Shown piece by piece: positions 38,349 to 47,896 of a stretch of DNA of 64,000 bases. This DNA is from a virus. The stretch covers positions 1 to 64,000 of IMG/VR virus record IMGVR_UViG_3300020347_000003; one strand, 5' to 3'. The first letter of the stretch is position 1; the number at the start of each line of letters is the position of its first letter. The notes under the pieces were generated by a model. It searched no databases and was not told where the DNA came from. It saw only the letters and a program-made list of their open reading frames with translations. A program made the translations under genes and the position numbers.

Positions 38349-39017
38349 TTATTCTGTTACGTATTCTTTCGCTAGTGGAAAGATTCGATAAATTGCGATT
38401 GCACAAGCCCGTGCAAGTTCCATATGTTCCTTTTGAGTACCATTATCACTACGTAATTCAATGTAGTGAATCCAAGATCGTATGGTACCATTGACATAGA
38501 GTCGAGACACTGTAAGGCCTTCAGGCAGTACTGATCTGGCCTGTTCTTTTGCGATCCCATTTTCTATTGCCCATTTATAGGCTAGTTTGGCTTCATGAAT
38601 AATACTCAATTGTTTCATCTGCCAATCTTTTTTGAGTTCTGGGTCAGTGGTCGCGACACTATTTTGTCGATTTTTCTCATCTTGTAATCTTGCTTCACGG
38701 ACTACAAAGTCAAGATCCTCGGTGGGATCTGCATAACGCTGACTAAATTCTTGGAAACTAAAACTACGGTGTCGTAATAATTGTCGGGCTATATCACGTG
38801 TAGTTTCAATTTCAAAACATGCAGACGCCATTTCAAATGGTGACCAATGTTTGTGTTTTGCGAGATACCTAAGAAGTTTATCACTTGTTTCAGTATTCAT
38901 CTGGTTGGTTGGGTTTGAAACCCTTGCACAGAATGCTATAAGATCCTGAATATTTTCAAGACCTTCCTGTTTCGTGGCTAGTGTAGGCTGGGAATAGCTG
39001 ATCAACCTTGCTTTCAT
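38349..39017 (-). CDS. thyX: FAD-dependent thymidylate synthase
   Basis: HWSPFEM, RHRSFSFQEFSQRY, LR...TQKEH. Confidence 0.96.
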   Translation of the reverse strand: MKARLISYSQPTLATKQEGLENIQDLIAFCARVSNPTNQMNTETSDKLLRYLAKHKHWSPFEMASACFEIETTRDIARQLLRHRSFSFQEFSQRYADPTEDLDFVVREARLQDEKNRQNSVATTDPELKKDWQMKQLSIIHEAKLAYKWAIENGIAKEQARSVLPEGLTVSRLYVNGTIRSWIHYIELRSDNGTQKEHMELARACAIAIYRIFPLAKEYVTE

Positions 39018-39020
39018 TAT

Positions 39021-40043
39021 CTAAGTCCTTCTCCATTGTTGTAATTTTAATTTGGCCTCAAGCCCGCTGTAAATGTTATTTTTAATAACACCTTGAACGT
39101 CACTGAAACCTGCCAATATCATCTCGTTTATATCCTTACCTGGCACATTATGTGGCCATATACAAATTTTATATCCCTGTCCTATAAGTTTTTCCATTCG
39201 TTTATGGATTTCCTTATTACGAGGTTCAGCATCAAAAACAAAGACAGCATTTTCTTTCGCATTTTTAAGGGCTGATGTTCCACCATCCGCACCGGCCATT
39301 GCCACGGAATTGCGTAGGAAAAAACTATCAATAGCACCCTCAACCACATAGTACTGTCTAGTAAAATCAACTGTGTCAAGGCCAAAGATCTTAGGTCGGT
39401 CATCGAACATAATAGTAAGATAACGCACTCCCTTGGGATCAAAGCCTCGGGCAGATACACCAAAGACATTGTTGTCTTTGTCTAAAAATGGTATTACCAA
39501 TCGTGGTTCGTCTTTACCTACGTTTTCGAACTTATTTGGGATGATTGAGTTGATCCATCCTTTGAATTTTTGTGCGTAGTAAAGCCGATAGTGCTGATTC
39601 GGAGGAATCTGCCTCTGGTTTATATATCCCTTGACGGCGTGATCCCACTGGAGTTGACTAACTTTTTTAATTGCTTTTAAAGGGTTATTTTTCTTATTGA
39701 ACTTCGGAGCAGCAGTTTTGAATTTGCTGTCGTCAGTGGTTGTCGTGATAGAGTTATTTGCCTTTTTGATGAACTTCTCAGCGACATAATCATTATACAT
39801 CATCTGGTCTTGACCCTTCAGAAAGAAAGGAAACGACATGCTGGCACCACAGTTGTGGCAATAGTAGAGAAGTCCATTGTCTTTTTCTAGGAGCCAACCT
39901 CGAGATTTGGAGCGAGACTTCTGCGAGTCTCCACAGATAGGACATCTGAAATTGATCTTGTACGGGTTGGTCGAACGGATCTTGAAATTTTCCAATCTCG
40001 CCGAAAGAAGCTGGGCATATTGGATATCAACAAAATCTAGCAT
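39021..40043 (-). CDS. DNA primase (gp61)
   Basis: RCPICGDS...CHNCG zinc finger; VVEGAIDS TOPRIM; KDINEM. Confidence 0.95.
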   Translation of the reverse strand: MLDFVDIQYAQLLSARLENFKIRSTNPYKINFRCPICGDSQKSRSKSRGWLLEKDNGLLYYCHNCGASMSFPFFLKGQDQMMYNDYVAEKFIKKANNSITTTTDDSKFKTAAPKFNKKNNPLKAIKKVSQLQWDHAVKGYINQRQIPPNQHYRLYYAQKFKGWINSIIPNKFENVGKDEPRLVIPFLDKDNNVFGVSARGFDPKGVRYLTIMFDDRPKIFGLDTVDFTRQYYVVEGAIDSFFLRNSVAMAGADGGTSALKNAKENAVFVFDAEPRNKEIHKRMEKLIGQGYKICIWPHNVPGKDINEMILAGFSDVQGVIKNNIYSGLEAKLKLQQWRRT

Positions 40044-40077
40044 AATCTAAAGCCTATAAGGTTTAATTCATAGAGCC

Positions 40078-40106
40078 ATTATAATACAAACTCATATGAT
40101 TGTCAA
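40078..40106 (-). promoter_or_regulatory. sigma70-type promoter for the primase-thyX-nrd operon
   Basis: TTGACA-N17-TATAAT. Confidence 0.8.
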
Positions 40107-40111
40107 CCGAT

Positions 40112-40585
40112 TTATACAATAAATCTCTCTAAGCCGATGAATGCAACAGCAGCACCCAGACCCATCATGTAATACTTCCAGTTCTCAAGTGCTCTTAGCC
40201 GGTCACCCTGATCATCCATTGTGTCAGTGACTTCTTTGGCTACCTTATCAATCTTATCAAGTATTACTGAATCATGCTTTGAGCGATTCTTGGCATTGTG
40301 GTCTGCCAGTCGTTTGTGATCTTCACGAGAAGAGTCTCGGTACTCATCAAGTTTTTTGTGTACTGCTACCACACGAAATTCATCCTCTTTTCGATGACTT
40401 TCGATACGATCCTCAAGATCGTCTAATCTTTCGCCTGCTATTCTGAGGACTTCTTCTTGCACTGCTGTCATTTTAGAGACGTCAACCAGGGACTCCATGC
40501 TGCTCTCAACGCGTGAAAAGAATTTCTCAATCTGCTTAATGTCTTTTTTAATGAGTGCGATATCTGTGTTTATATCGTCTGCCAC
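40112..40585 (-). CDS. Coiled-coil protein with C-terminal TM helix
   Basis: RLRALENWKYYMMG then a hydrophobic tail. Confidence 0.65.
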   Translation of the reverse strand: MADDINTDIALIKKDIKQIEKFFSRVESSMESLVDVSKMTAVQEEVLRIAGERLDDLEDRIESHRKEDEFRVVAVHKKLDEYRDSSREDHKRLADHNAKNRSKHDSVILDKIDKVAKEVTDTMDDQGDRLRALENWKYYMMGLGAAVAFIGLERFIV

Positions 40586-40664
40586 ACTAATACCTCTTAA
40601 GTATGCCTTGCAGCTAAGTCTGCATTGCCAACTATTTATTAGGATAATGTTTTGAGATGATAGA

Positions 40665-40693
40665 ATTATAACACTTTAGCCGAGTAATGTCAA
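40665..40693 (-). promoter_or_regulatory. sigma70-type promoter
   Basis: TTGACA-N17-TATAAT. Confidence 0.7.
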
Positions 40694-41446
40694 CTATTTT
40701 TTAGGAGTGAGATATATCATAAATTCTGGTGGGAGTTTGCCGTATCGATCTTGAATGTTATCGGCCAGTGCAAAGCCATCATTCCAAATGTCTTCTCTGA
40801 TACTGGAGAATTGGAATTGAACACGACCCTCATCCCAATACTTTTTCAAAAACTCATCACGAAATCTTACAAATTCATTTGAGCCAGATCCACCAAAACT
40901 ATCTGTGTGTCTTCTATGTATCTCTAAAGCGATAAAATTCACATTCTCGTAAATCCAGTCTAAATTTTCTTTGGTGAGGATATCATATTCCCCACCTTCG
41001 CAATCTATTTTTAAATAATCGATGTGGTCAATATTATAGTAATCAATGAATTCTGCAAATGTGAGCTTTTGATATTCTCCAGCTTCTTGTTCATCATAGA
41101 TGTAATTGATATGATCAGCTTGATTCATGATTGCTGCGTGAACTGGTACGATGGGTGATTCCTTTGCGTTAATCACATAATCGCTCACATTCTTCATAGC
41201 TGTCTCTAGTAGACCCCTATTAGGTTCTACCATGTAAACTTTACGGGCTCCACTATCAAGAGCCAACGCAGTAAACATACCAATACACGAGCCTATATCA
41301 ACACACACATCGCCCGGTTTTATCTTGTGAAACCACTCGTACGTGTTATCCCAAAAGAATTCTTTGCGCATATTGGCGACATGGTCCATACAAAGAGAAC
41401 CAGTATCCATATTTTTGTGAAGTGCATGGCGATTCACATAATCCAT
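40694..41446 (-). CDS. FkbM-family methyltransferase
   Basis: VDIGSCIGMF, VEPN, IDYLKIDCEGGEYDIL, EIH. Confidence 0.9.
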   Translation of the reverse strand: MDYVNRHALHKNMDTGSLCMDHVANMRKEFFWDNTYEWFHKIKPGDVCVDIGSCIGMFTALALDSGARKVYMVEPNRGLLETAMKNVSDYVINAKESPIVPVHAAIMNQADHINYIYDEQEAGEYQKLTFAEFIDYYNIDHIDYLKIDCEGGEYDILTKENLDWIYENVNFIALEIHRRHTDSFGGSGSNEFVRFRDEFLKKYWDEGRVQFQFSSIREDIWNDGFALADNIQDRYGKLPPEFMIYLTPKK

Positions 41447-41464
41447 AATATAAAAACCAAGTTG

Positions 41465-42028
41465 TTACGGTGTGGGTGTTTCTTCTTGCTCTTCTTCGGC
41501 TTTGGGTTTCTTGACTGTGACCTCTTTATAGTACACAATCACCTCACCAAGTTCACGAATGTATCGACGAAGCTCTTGAACGTTACCAGACATCAATTCA
41601 TAATCTTTAATTGTAGATGCAATAAAGAGGACATCGCCTCCAGTAGCAACTTTAATATCTGACATGAATTTATCTAGGTAAGTATATCCGGCGGGCCAGT
41701 TTGGATTTTCTTTATCTTCCTGAGCACAGACCTTAGGTCTACGCGTCTTAGGTGTGCCATCTTCGTTGAGTTCTGGCTCACCTGTCTCATCTAATCGAGG
41801 TACCTGTTTACAAAGATTAGGTACCACGGCTTCTGAGACTACATACCACTGTGGACTCTCCAAACTGAGTGGTCGTGGCATTGTTGGCTGAATGATTTCA
41901 ATCTCTACGGGCTTTGATACGACCTGAATTACCTTCTCTGGTTCTGCACCAATTCCCCACTTACCAAGAACTGAACAACCACTAATCAGGCTTATAGTCA
42001 TTAAGATCAGCAATGTTCTTGCTATCAT
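41465..42028 (-). CDS. Lipoprotein, probable o-spanin
   Basis: Lipobox LISGC, Pro-rich, DYELMS.N.QELRRYI; overlaps the upstream TM/coiled-coil gene. Confidence 0.7.
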   Translation of the reverse strand: MIARTLLILMTISLISGCSVLGKWGIGAEPEKVIQVVSKPVEIEIIQPTMPRPLSLESPQWYVVSEAVVPNLCKQVPRLDETGEPELNEDGTPKTRRPKVCAQEDKENPNWPAGYTYLDKFMSDIKVATGGDVLFIASTIKDYELMSGNVQELRRYIRELGEVIVYYKEVTVKKPKAEEEQEETPTP

Positions 42029-42383
42029 TCTCTATCTCCTCAAAAATCTTTTTTGTCGCTTTATTGGTTCGATTCGTTATCAGACCTGGCTTGGCAAGAG
42101 CAAGTTTATCCAGATTGTGACGAGCAAAGATTGCCATATAACGATCTTTCTCTGCATTGATTTCAGAATTCTTTTGCGACAGGTTTGTAAGGGCTGCAGC
42201 TTGTGTCTCAAATGCTTCCTTCATGGCACCCATTGCAGCCTTCTGTTCTTCGACTGCGAATTCCATCTTTTCGACATTACCCTTTAGAACTAGATTGTTG
42301 GCCTCGAGGATTTGGTTTTGTTGATAGAACCAACCAGCTGCACCACCCAAAGCCATTATAATTACAAATAATATTTGATACAT
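41982..42383 (-). CDS. Probable i-spanin
   Basis: N-terminal TM helix, long coiled coil, KPGLI...N.AT. Confidence 0.7.
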   Translation of the reverse strand: MYQILFVIIMALGGAAGWFYQQNQILEANNLVLKGNVEKMEFAVEEQKAAMGAMKEAFETQAAALTNLSQKNSEINAEKDRYMAIFARHNLDKLALAKPGLITNRTNKATKKIFEEIENDSKNIADLNDYKPD

Positions 42384-42691
42384 TACTCTTCCTCAATCCG
42401 ATAATTTAAGCCACCGTTTGCCTTGATGTTAACAGTTTTCTTCTCGGCTGTGACGAAGATGAGTTCTTTCCAAGTAGATTTGACCACCTTAGGCACATGT
42501 TCATAAACAACATCGTCTAGGTTACCAAACTTGGAGTCATACGAGACTGTGACCTTAAACGTAGGCTTTGCAGTCCACCATTTCCATAGCCAGGCTATCG
42601 CTTGAAACGGAGCGGTAGCGATTACTACCAACCCCGTCCAAAACTTCTTAAAGAAAATGTCAACCCAAGGGTATAACTTATTCATAATCAA
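42383..42691 (-). CDS. Hypothetical membrane-associated protein
   Basis: Trp-rich amphipathic N-terminus. Confidence 0.6.
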   Translation of the reverse strand: MIMNKLYPWVDIFFKKFWTGLVVIATAPFQAIAWLWKWWTAKPTFKVTVSYDSKFGNLDDVVYEHVPKVVKSTWKELIFVTAEKKTVNIKANGGLNYRIEEE

Positions 42692-42700
42692 AGACCAAAG

Positions 42701-42949
42701 TTACTTCTTCTTTTTGGACTCTTCTTTTTCTTCTTCGTCCTCATCAGACTCGTCTTCAGCTTCATCTTCTTCAGCTTCTTCCTCGTCCTTTTCTTCTTCT
42801 TCCTCGTCGTCCATCTCAGCCTTTACTTTGGCGTTGACTTTCTCTTCAAGGGCAGCAGAGATGCGAGTACGGACTTCCTCTTCGAAAGCCTCTTTCATTT
42901 GGACTGGATTCTCAGCGAGAGCCTCAGCGATAATTTTTTCAACGGACAT
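42701..42949 (-). CDS. Acidic protein, gp67-like prohead core candidate
   Basis: ~80 aa; helical N-half, poly-E/D C-half as in T4 gp67; late promoter upstream. Confidence 0.5.
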   Translation of the reverse strand: MSVEKIIAEALAENPVQMKEAFEEEVRTRISAALEEKVNAKVKAEMDDEEEEEKDEEEAEEDEAEDESDEDEEEKEESKKKK

Positions 42950-42985
42950 GATTTTCTCCTTTAGATTTATATTAAACTAACTTAT

Positions 42986-42993
42986 TATTTATA
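42986..42993 (-). promoter_or_regulatory. T4 late promoter
   Basis: TATAAATA overlapping the lysozyme stop. Confidence 0.65.
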
Positions 42994-43432
42994 CAGCTTC
43001 TAATCTTTCCATGAGTCTATTGGCACGAGGACCAACCTGACGAGCCCAAAGAGAGTCCAATCCTTCTGGAGCTGCACCGGCGTAATCGCCTTCAATAAGC
43101 TTTGCGTTAAAATTCTTAAATTTACTTAGACGTGGTCGTCCAAGATTGAATAACATGTTGACGAGAACCTCTTGTACTTCGCCTGGGAACCCTTCCCAGT
43201 CATCTCCGTATAGAGTAACACACTCATCAATTGCGATGTTAAGGTCACGTTCAAAGCATTCTCGAACTCTTTCTTCAGTAACAGGAGTTCCGACATCTTG
43301 TCCATGCTCTGGGTCGGACTCGAGTACCAAGTGGCCCACTCCGAAAGTAGGATATCCAAGGTGATCTTCGTAGATTTCATAAACGACACCCTCATCTACT
43401 TTTAGTTGTTCAAATACTGATTCTCTATTCAT
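42989..43432 (-). CDS. GH24 phage lysozyme (endolysin)
   Basis: DEG...IYED.LG.PTFGVGHL, NMLFNLG, SLWARQV..RA. Confidence 0.92.
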   Translation of the reverse strand: MNRESVFEQLKVDEGVVYEIYEDHLGYPTFGVGHLVLESDPEHGQDVGTPVTEERVRECFERDLNIAIDECVTLYGDDWEGFPGEVQEVLVNMLFNLGRPRLSKFKNFNAKLIEGDYAGAAPEGLDSLWARQVGPRANRLMERLEAV

Positions 43433-44031
43433 TTTGTTTCCTTTGAGGTTTCTTTGAACGATTTTAACGTTCTCTTCTTGTGTCTCTTTTGTGCTGCCTT
43501 GGACATGTGATTACCATCCATACCAGCAATATTACCACTACCCACGTTATTGGCAGGAGCCTCTTCATCTTTAGGTACACAATTGGGAACCATCTTGTTT
43601 CCCTTTTTCTTCATACCTACTTGCTTATGAGAGTCCCAGCAAGGATCTCCTTCCTCTTCTAACTCTATGTAGTTCAAATACCACTCTTCAAAACCTTCAC
43701 ATGCCAAATTTAAATCTTCGTCGGTATGGCTCTCGTTCAAGACATTTTCGTTTGAGAATGTTTTATATTCTTTGATGAGCCACAATGCAGCTGCATAAGA
43801 CCCAAGACGCGAGGAACCGCCTGGCAGTTTTGCCAAGAGCTTTTTAATATTCAGTATCATCTGGTCAAACACACCAAAGGCCTGTCGTTGAGCCTTTTTG
43901 GTGAATTGTTTACGCTTGATCAGAATATCACCTTTTTCGTCAATAATTCCCTGTTCGAAAGCAGGCCACTTATTGAATGGAGTGACCAGTTTACGAATGA
44001 ATTGAAAGACTAAAAATAAGTCTACGACCAT
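43429..44031 (-). CDS. Conserved T4-like late hypothetical protein
   Basis: F..KLVTPF..W.A...GIID..G; CW...KQVGMKKKG.KMVPNCVP; APANNVG.G.IAG. Confidence 0.7.
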   Translation of the reverse strand: MVVDLFLVFQFIRKLVTPFNKWPAFEQGIIDEKGDILIKRKQFTKKAQRQAFGVFDQMILNIKKLLAKLPGGSSRLGSYAAALWLIKEYKTFSNENVLNESHTDEDLNLACEGFEEWYLNYIELEEEGDPCWDSHKQVGMKKKGNKMVPNCVPKDEEAPANNVGSGNIAGMDGNHMSKAAQKRHKKRTLKSFKETSKETK

Positions 44032-44032
44032 G

Positions 44033-44407
44033 TTAGATCCCTATCAGCGTATCTACTATTTTTTGATCAGACGAGATACTATCAGCATTAATGTTAAGTT
44101 CTTCGTACATCACAATCCTTGGCATATAATTAAGGTATACTACAAATGGTTTTAAATATTCATGAAACTCTTTTAGTTTCATAAACAGCATATTCGTAGC
44201 AGCCGGGCCAAACACATTATACAATACAATTAAATGATTAAGAATCAACCTTTCTTTTAACTCATCCTCATGTCTGTAACGACCAAAGAGTTTTCTGAGG
44301 TATTGAAATCGTTTCAAATCCTCTTCGAACTCAGTCATCTCAGTACACTGAGGATTGTCGTAATGCTTCATAGCGTATAGCAGAAAGGTCGATTCTGTCA
44401 AATTCAT
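44033..44407 (-). CDS. Conserved T4-like hypothetical protein
   Basis: YAMKHYDNPQC...EF.EDLKRF.Y...LKERLILNHLI. Confidence 0.8.
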   Translation of the reverse strand: MNLTESTFLLYAMKHYDNPQCTEMTEFEEDLKRFQYLRKLFGRYRHEDELKERLILNHLIVLYNVFGPAATNMLFMKLKEFHEYLKPFVVYLNYMPRIVMYEELNINADSISSDQKIVDTLIGI

Positions 44408-44425
44408 AATAAAGAAAAAAACTTT

Positions 44426-44734
44426 TTAGTCAGCAACGATAGCGTCGTCAGTCACACCTGTAACACCAAGGTCACCAGCATCACCAGCAGATACCTTAAA
44501 TACACAAAGTGGCTCTGCCTTGTGACGGACATTACCATTTTGATCGGTATAAGTGTGATACAAGTTCCAACCGGGTGTATTGAGACCTTTTGCACGGTTA
44601 CCCGCAACTTGTGCCTCAGTTACGTCGACTAATACTGCATTATCAATGTCATTGGACTTATTAGTATTGTTGGCATCATCTTCAAGCCACTTAGGTGCGC
44701 CTGCAAGATTATCCGTTTTTGCCCATGAAGCCAT
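44426..44734 (-). CDS. Probable small virion structural protein
   Basis: W.KTD...EA.V..NRAKGL.TPGW..Y.TYTD..G..RHKAE.L. Confidence 0.65.
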   Translation of the reverse strand: MASWAKTDNLAGAPKWLEDDANNTNKSNDIDNAVLVDVTEAQVAGNRAKGLNTPGWNLYHTYTDQNGNVRHKAEPLCVFKVSAGDAGDLGVTGVTDDAIVAD

Positions 44735-44772
44735 TGTTATTCTCCTTTATGTACTTGGGTTTGGTTTACTAT

Positions 44773-44964
44773 CTATGATTCTTTTTTGGCCGGAGCCTTC
44801 TTCTTAGGAGCTGCTTTCTTCTTAGGGGCTGCCTTTTTCTTGGGTGCAGCCTTCTTCTTGGGAGCAGGCTTCTCTTGCACAGGAGGTGTCGGAGGAACAA
44901 CAGGTTCCCTAGGATCGTCTGTGCCAAAGCATCGTGCAAACAGTTCTTTCAAAAACGTAATCAT
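44773..44964 (-). CDS. Small basic histone-H1-like protein
   Basis: Four PKKKA(A) repeats. Confidence 0.6.
   Translation of the reverse strand: MITFLKELFARCFGTDDPREPVVPPTPPVQEKPAPKKKAAPKKKAAPKKKAAPKKKAPAKKES
44790..44866. repeat. Degenerate 18-bp coding tandem repeat
   Basis: Encodes APKKKA x4 with synonymous variation. Confidence 0.7.
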
Positions 44965-44975
44965 AATGTAACTCC

Positions 44976-45686
44976 TTAGTATTTTTTACTAGCGCGAATT
45001 TCCTTGCCCATCTTTTTGATCTTACTAGCGGACACGGTACCACATGAATCTTCGTCGACCAAATCAGCATCTTCGACTTTATATTCTTTACCGGCGAACA
45101 TGAATTTTTCATCGCCCTTTTCTTTTGCCATCTTAGCAGCATACATGAATTGCTTCTTGTCTTCTTTCTTGACAGCCTTAGAGATTGCAGCTCTGCGCTT
45201 CTTTAGATACTTATCTGAAGAATCTACATCACCGTCATTGTCGACATCATCGTCTTCTTTGCCTACGGGATCTAATGCTTCTTTCATGCCCATGCCTTTC
45301 TTTAGCGCTGCAAGCAGATCGTCGAGTTTCATTTTCTTATTAGTGAGTGCTTTAGATACAACAGTTTTTCCATTATGAACAAGATCGGCACCATCAAAGT
45401 CAATTGAATTTTTGTGCATTTCGCCTGATTTTATACCGACCTCACCTGTAAGCCATCTCGTAATAAGAACCTTTCCACCGGGCATCTGCGCGGCCTTAGT
45501 GACCAAATCAGATCCCTTAAGATTAGCTTTTGCTTCAGCCATATGATAACCTTTGTCATCACAGTGATCACAGCCTTTGCCTTCACACTTGGGACACTCT
45601 ACCTTTTCACCTTCATCTTCAACGGTTACCTTTTTGCCTTCAAGAAGGTCTAGTACCATTTCATCGATTCTATCTTTAAACGACAT
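44976..45686 (-). CDS. Charged late protein with CxxCxGxGCxxC motif
   Basis: CPKCEGKGCDHC; EALDPVGKEDDDVDNDGDVDSSDKYLKKRR motif. Confidence 0.7.
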   Translation of the reverse strand: MSFKDRIDEMVLDLLEGKKVTVEDEGEKVECPKCEGKGCDHCDDKGYHMAEAKANLKGSDLVTKAAQMPGGKVLITRWLTGEVGIKSGEMHKNSIDFDGADLVHNGKTVVSKALTNKKMKLDDLLAALKKGMGMKEALDPVGKEDDDVDNDGDVDSSDKYLKKRRAAISKAVKKEDKKQFMYAAKMAKEKGDEKFMFAGKEYKVEDADLVDEDSCGTVSASKIKKMGKEIRASKKY

Positions 45687-45716
45687 TTTTTATCTCCGTA
45701 AGATCTTTGTTTGAGT

Positions 45717-46004
45717 TTATTTATCTATTGGCGTGATTCGAATAACGAGATCATCGACACCTTTTATAATTCTATGGTACTCACCAGGATCTATTCTAAA
45801 TTTCTGACCTGGTACCAGTAACCAGGGTAAGGCATTTTGCCATTGGAATTGCCAACCATTACCTCGCATTACTTCAATTTCACGATATTCTTTGTCTCGA
45901 TGCCAGACGTAATGAGAATCCTCTGCATCAACACTAAATCTTCTAAAATTGTATTTGTCAACCCGTTCATCAAAGTACGGTTTACCAGAAGTAGTTTCCA
46001 CCAC
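45717..46004 (-). CDS. Cupin-like protein
   Basis: WHRD.E.R...GWQFQ...P.GEYHRIIKG. Confidence 0.7.
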   Translation of the reverse strand: MVETTSGKPYFDERVDKYNFRRFSVDAEDSHYVWHRDKEYREIEVMRGNGWQFQWQNALPWLLVPGQKFRIDPGEYHRIIKGVDDLVIRITPIDK

Positions 46005-46365
46005 CTTTCAACCCCAAATCACTAGCATATTTCGGTAATCGGCAGGCCCAATAGCCGGGCGTCATCTTATCCGATTTCGTATCACAACTGTGTCTTGCAG
46101 CAAATGATGCAGCTGCACCTTTATCATTTATCTTAGAGGTAAGACCACCTTTCTCATCACCAAATTCAATCTTTTTAATATTTCCGGTTTTGGGATTCTT
46201 TACATAAACCACATATTTCTTTTTACCGGAGCTACGCTTTGGTGAATTTAATTCTGGTTCTTTCTCTTCCTGAAATTCAATCATCGGTCGCTCGAGCGGA
46301 ACAGTGATGCCCTCATAGAGACCAAACTCTGTCTTTAAACCCGAGTGTTCGCCGAATGATTTCAT
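45982..46365 (-). CDS. Conserved phage hypothetical protein
   Basis: KKYVVYVK...K.I.FGD...SF.ARH.C...GYWAC. Confidence 0.75.
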   Translation of the reverse strand: MKSFGEHSGLKTEFGLYEGITVPLERPMIEFQEEKEPELNSPKRSSGKKKYVVYVKNPKTGNIKKIEFGDEKGGLTSKINDKGAAASFAARHSCDTKSDKMTPGYWACRLPKYASDLGLKGGGNYFW

Positions 46366-46790
46366 CCGAATTTCTTGGCGAATGCCTTTAGATCGAGAGT
46401 TTCGAAACCACCAAACTCATCTACCACTCTAAATGCAAGTCTTCCTTTATTCTCAACTGGCTTTGCAGAATAAGATGTCAATCCAGATTTAAGGCCAGAG
46501 ATCTCATTGCCCTTGATAACCATTTTCTTAATCTTAGGAGCCTTGGCTTCTTCCAATTCCTCAAAGGTCTGGGCAACTACTTCTTCAATCTCTTCGTGAA
46601 TGCCAACCTCTTTCTTTGAAAGCTTAGTGAGAACGTCCAAAATCTGTGGAGCCCGTGTTCCAGTCTGCATCAGTGCTTGGTTAATATCACCCCACTGATA
46701 GAGTTCCTTGTCGCCTCTTTTCTTGTACTTACCAGGTGCCTCAGAGAGATCTTCCGGTGCCTCAGAGATGAATGTGGTGAAGTTTTTCAT
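46362..46790 (-). CDS. Hypothetical late protein, possible internal head protein
   Basis: MKNFTTFISEA N-terminus. Confidence 0.65.
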   Translation of the reverse strand: MKNFTTFISEAPEDLSEAPGKYKKRGDKELYQWGDINQALMQTGTRAPQILDVLTKLSKKEVGIHEEIEEVVAQTFEELEEAKAPKIKKMVIKGNEISGLKSGLTSYSAKPVENKGRLAFRVVDEFGGFETLDLKAFAKKFG

Positions 46791-47893
46791 TTTTTGCTCC
46801 GTGTATATTCTTTAAATGATTGTGTTCCGGGAGTGTCTTTCTTAAGCTTCTTTGTAAGCTCTGGAGTACCTTCGTCTCCGGCTCCATGCTCTTCTTTTGT
46901 AAACCCTCGGTAATTCAATAGGTGTTTTGGCATGATACCATCCTTCACCATATCTTTAAATACCTTATCTAAGGCTCTAACATCAAGATCATGAATTTGG
47001 GCAGTCTTGACGAGATTTCTTTCTGCATTGTGTGGATTCTTTTTGCGAAGATCTAAAAATGTACGAACGGCTTTCTTGTATGCCCTACCATTTAATTTTC
47101 TATCTAGGTATCGTACTAGATCTGGCATCATAGTCTTCATTGTACTATCGCTACCAAAGGCTCTTTCATCAAGCTTCTCGTCTAATGTTTCTTCTTTAAT
47201 TCCCCGAGCCTTCTTTTGAGCTGAAATCCATTTCTTAGCAATAGGTGATTTAGGATCTTTTGCAGCCCATTTACCCACGTCTTTATATGCTTTCAGAGCA
47301 ATAGCTTCGATATCAGTGTCACTAGAATTATCTAATATGATTAGGCTATTTCTGAAGAACCCTTGAAATTTTCCAATATTATTTTGTACTGATTTCCACA
47401 TGTTTATTACCTGGTCGTCAGGCAATGATCGTGGTCGCATTTTATTTCTTCCTAATGCAGTGTCTAAGTCTGTATTTACAAACAGCATTTTAACCTCATA
47501 GCCTAGAGCTCTTAGGCCCTCTGCTTGAGTTTTGATCTTATCGTAATCTTTACCAGTACCATCAATGACCAAACCAAGTCGGCCGTCGATTGCCTGCTTT
47601 AATTGCATACCGGTTAATTTCTTTGCTTTTGCTCTGGCCTTCTGACCCTGAGGGCTCATCAGACCTTTCGGTGTGAGATCCACTCCAGCCTTGGCAAGAG
47701 CAGCCTCAAATGCGGGGTCGGAATTAATAAGTTTAAATCCGTGTGCAAGTAAAGATGCCTTACCAACAACAAATGATTTACCAGAGCCTGGGCCACCAGC
47801 TAAGAAAACAGCCTTAAAGATTGCTGGGTCATTAATACCCTCTTCAAGTTCTGGTGTTTCGGATTCGTAAAAGTTTTTGAAATTAGAAATCAT
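46787..47893 (-). CDS. P-loop kinase (zeta-toxin/AAA_33-like)
   Basis: FLAGGPGSGKS, INSD, LVIDGTG, RN..R.R. Confidence 0.85.
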   Translation of the reverse strand: MISNFKNFYESETPELEEGINDPAIFKAVFLAGGPGSGKSFVVGKASLLAHGFKLINSDPAFEAALAKAGVDLTPKGLMSPQGQKARAKAKKLTGMQLKQAIDGRLGLVIDGTGKDYDKIKTQAEGLRALGYEVKMLFVNTDLDTALGRNKMRPRSLPDDQVINMWKSVQNNIGKFQGFFRNSLIILDNSSDTDIEAIALKAYKDVGKWAAKDPKSPIAKKWISAQKKARGIKEETLDEKLDERAFGSDSTMKTMMPDLVRYLDRKLNGRAYKKAVRTFLDLRKKNPHNAERNLVKTAQIHDLDVRALDKVFKDMVKDGIMPKHLLNYRGFTKEEHGAGDEGTPELTKKLKKDTPGTQSFKEYTRSKK

Positions 47894-47896
47894 GTC

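Noticed and set aside
46787-47893. Zeta toxin-antitoxin module
   Set aside because: Only the generic P-loop kinase fold is evident; no antitoxin-like partner; context is late virion-type genes
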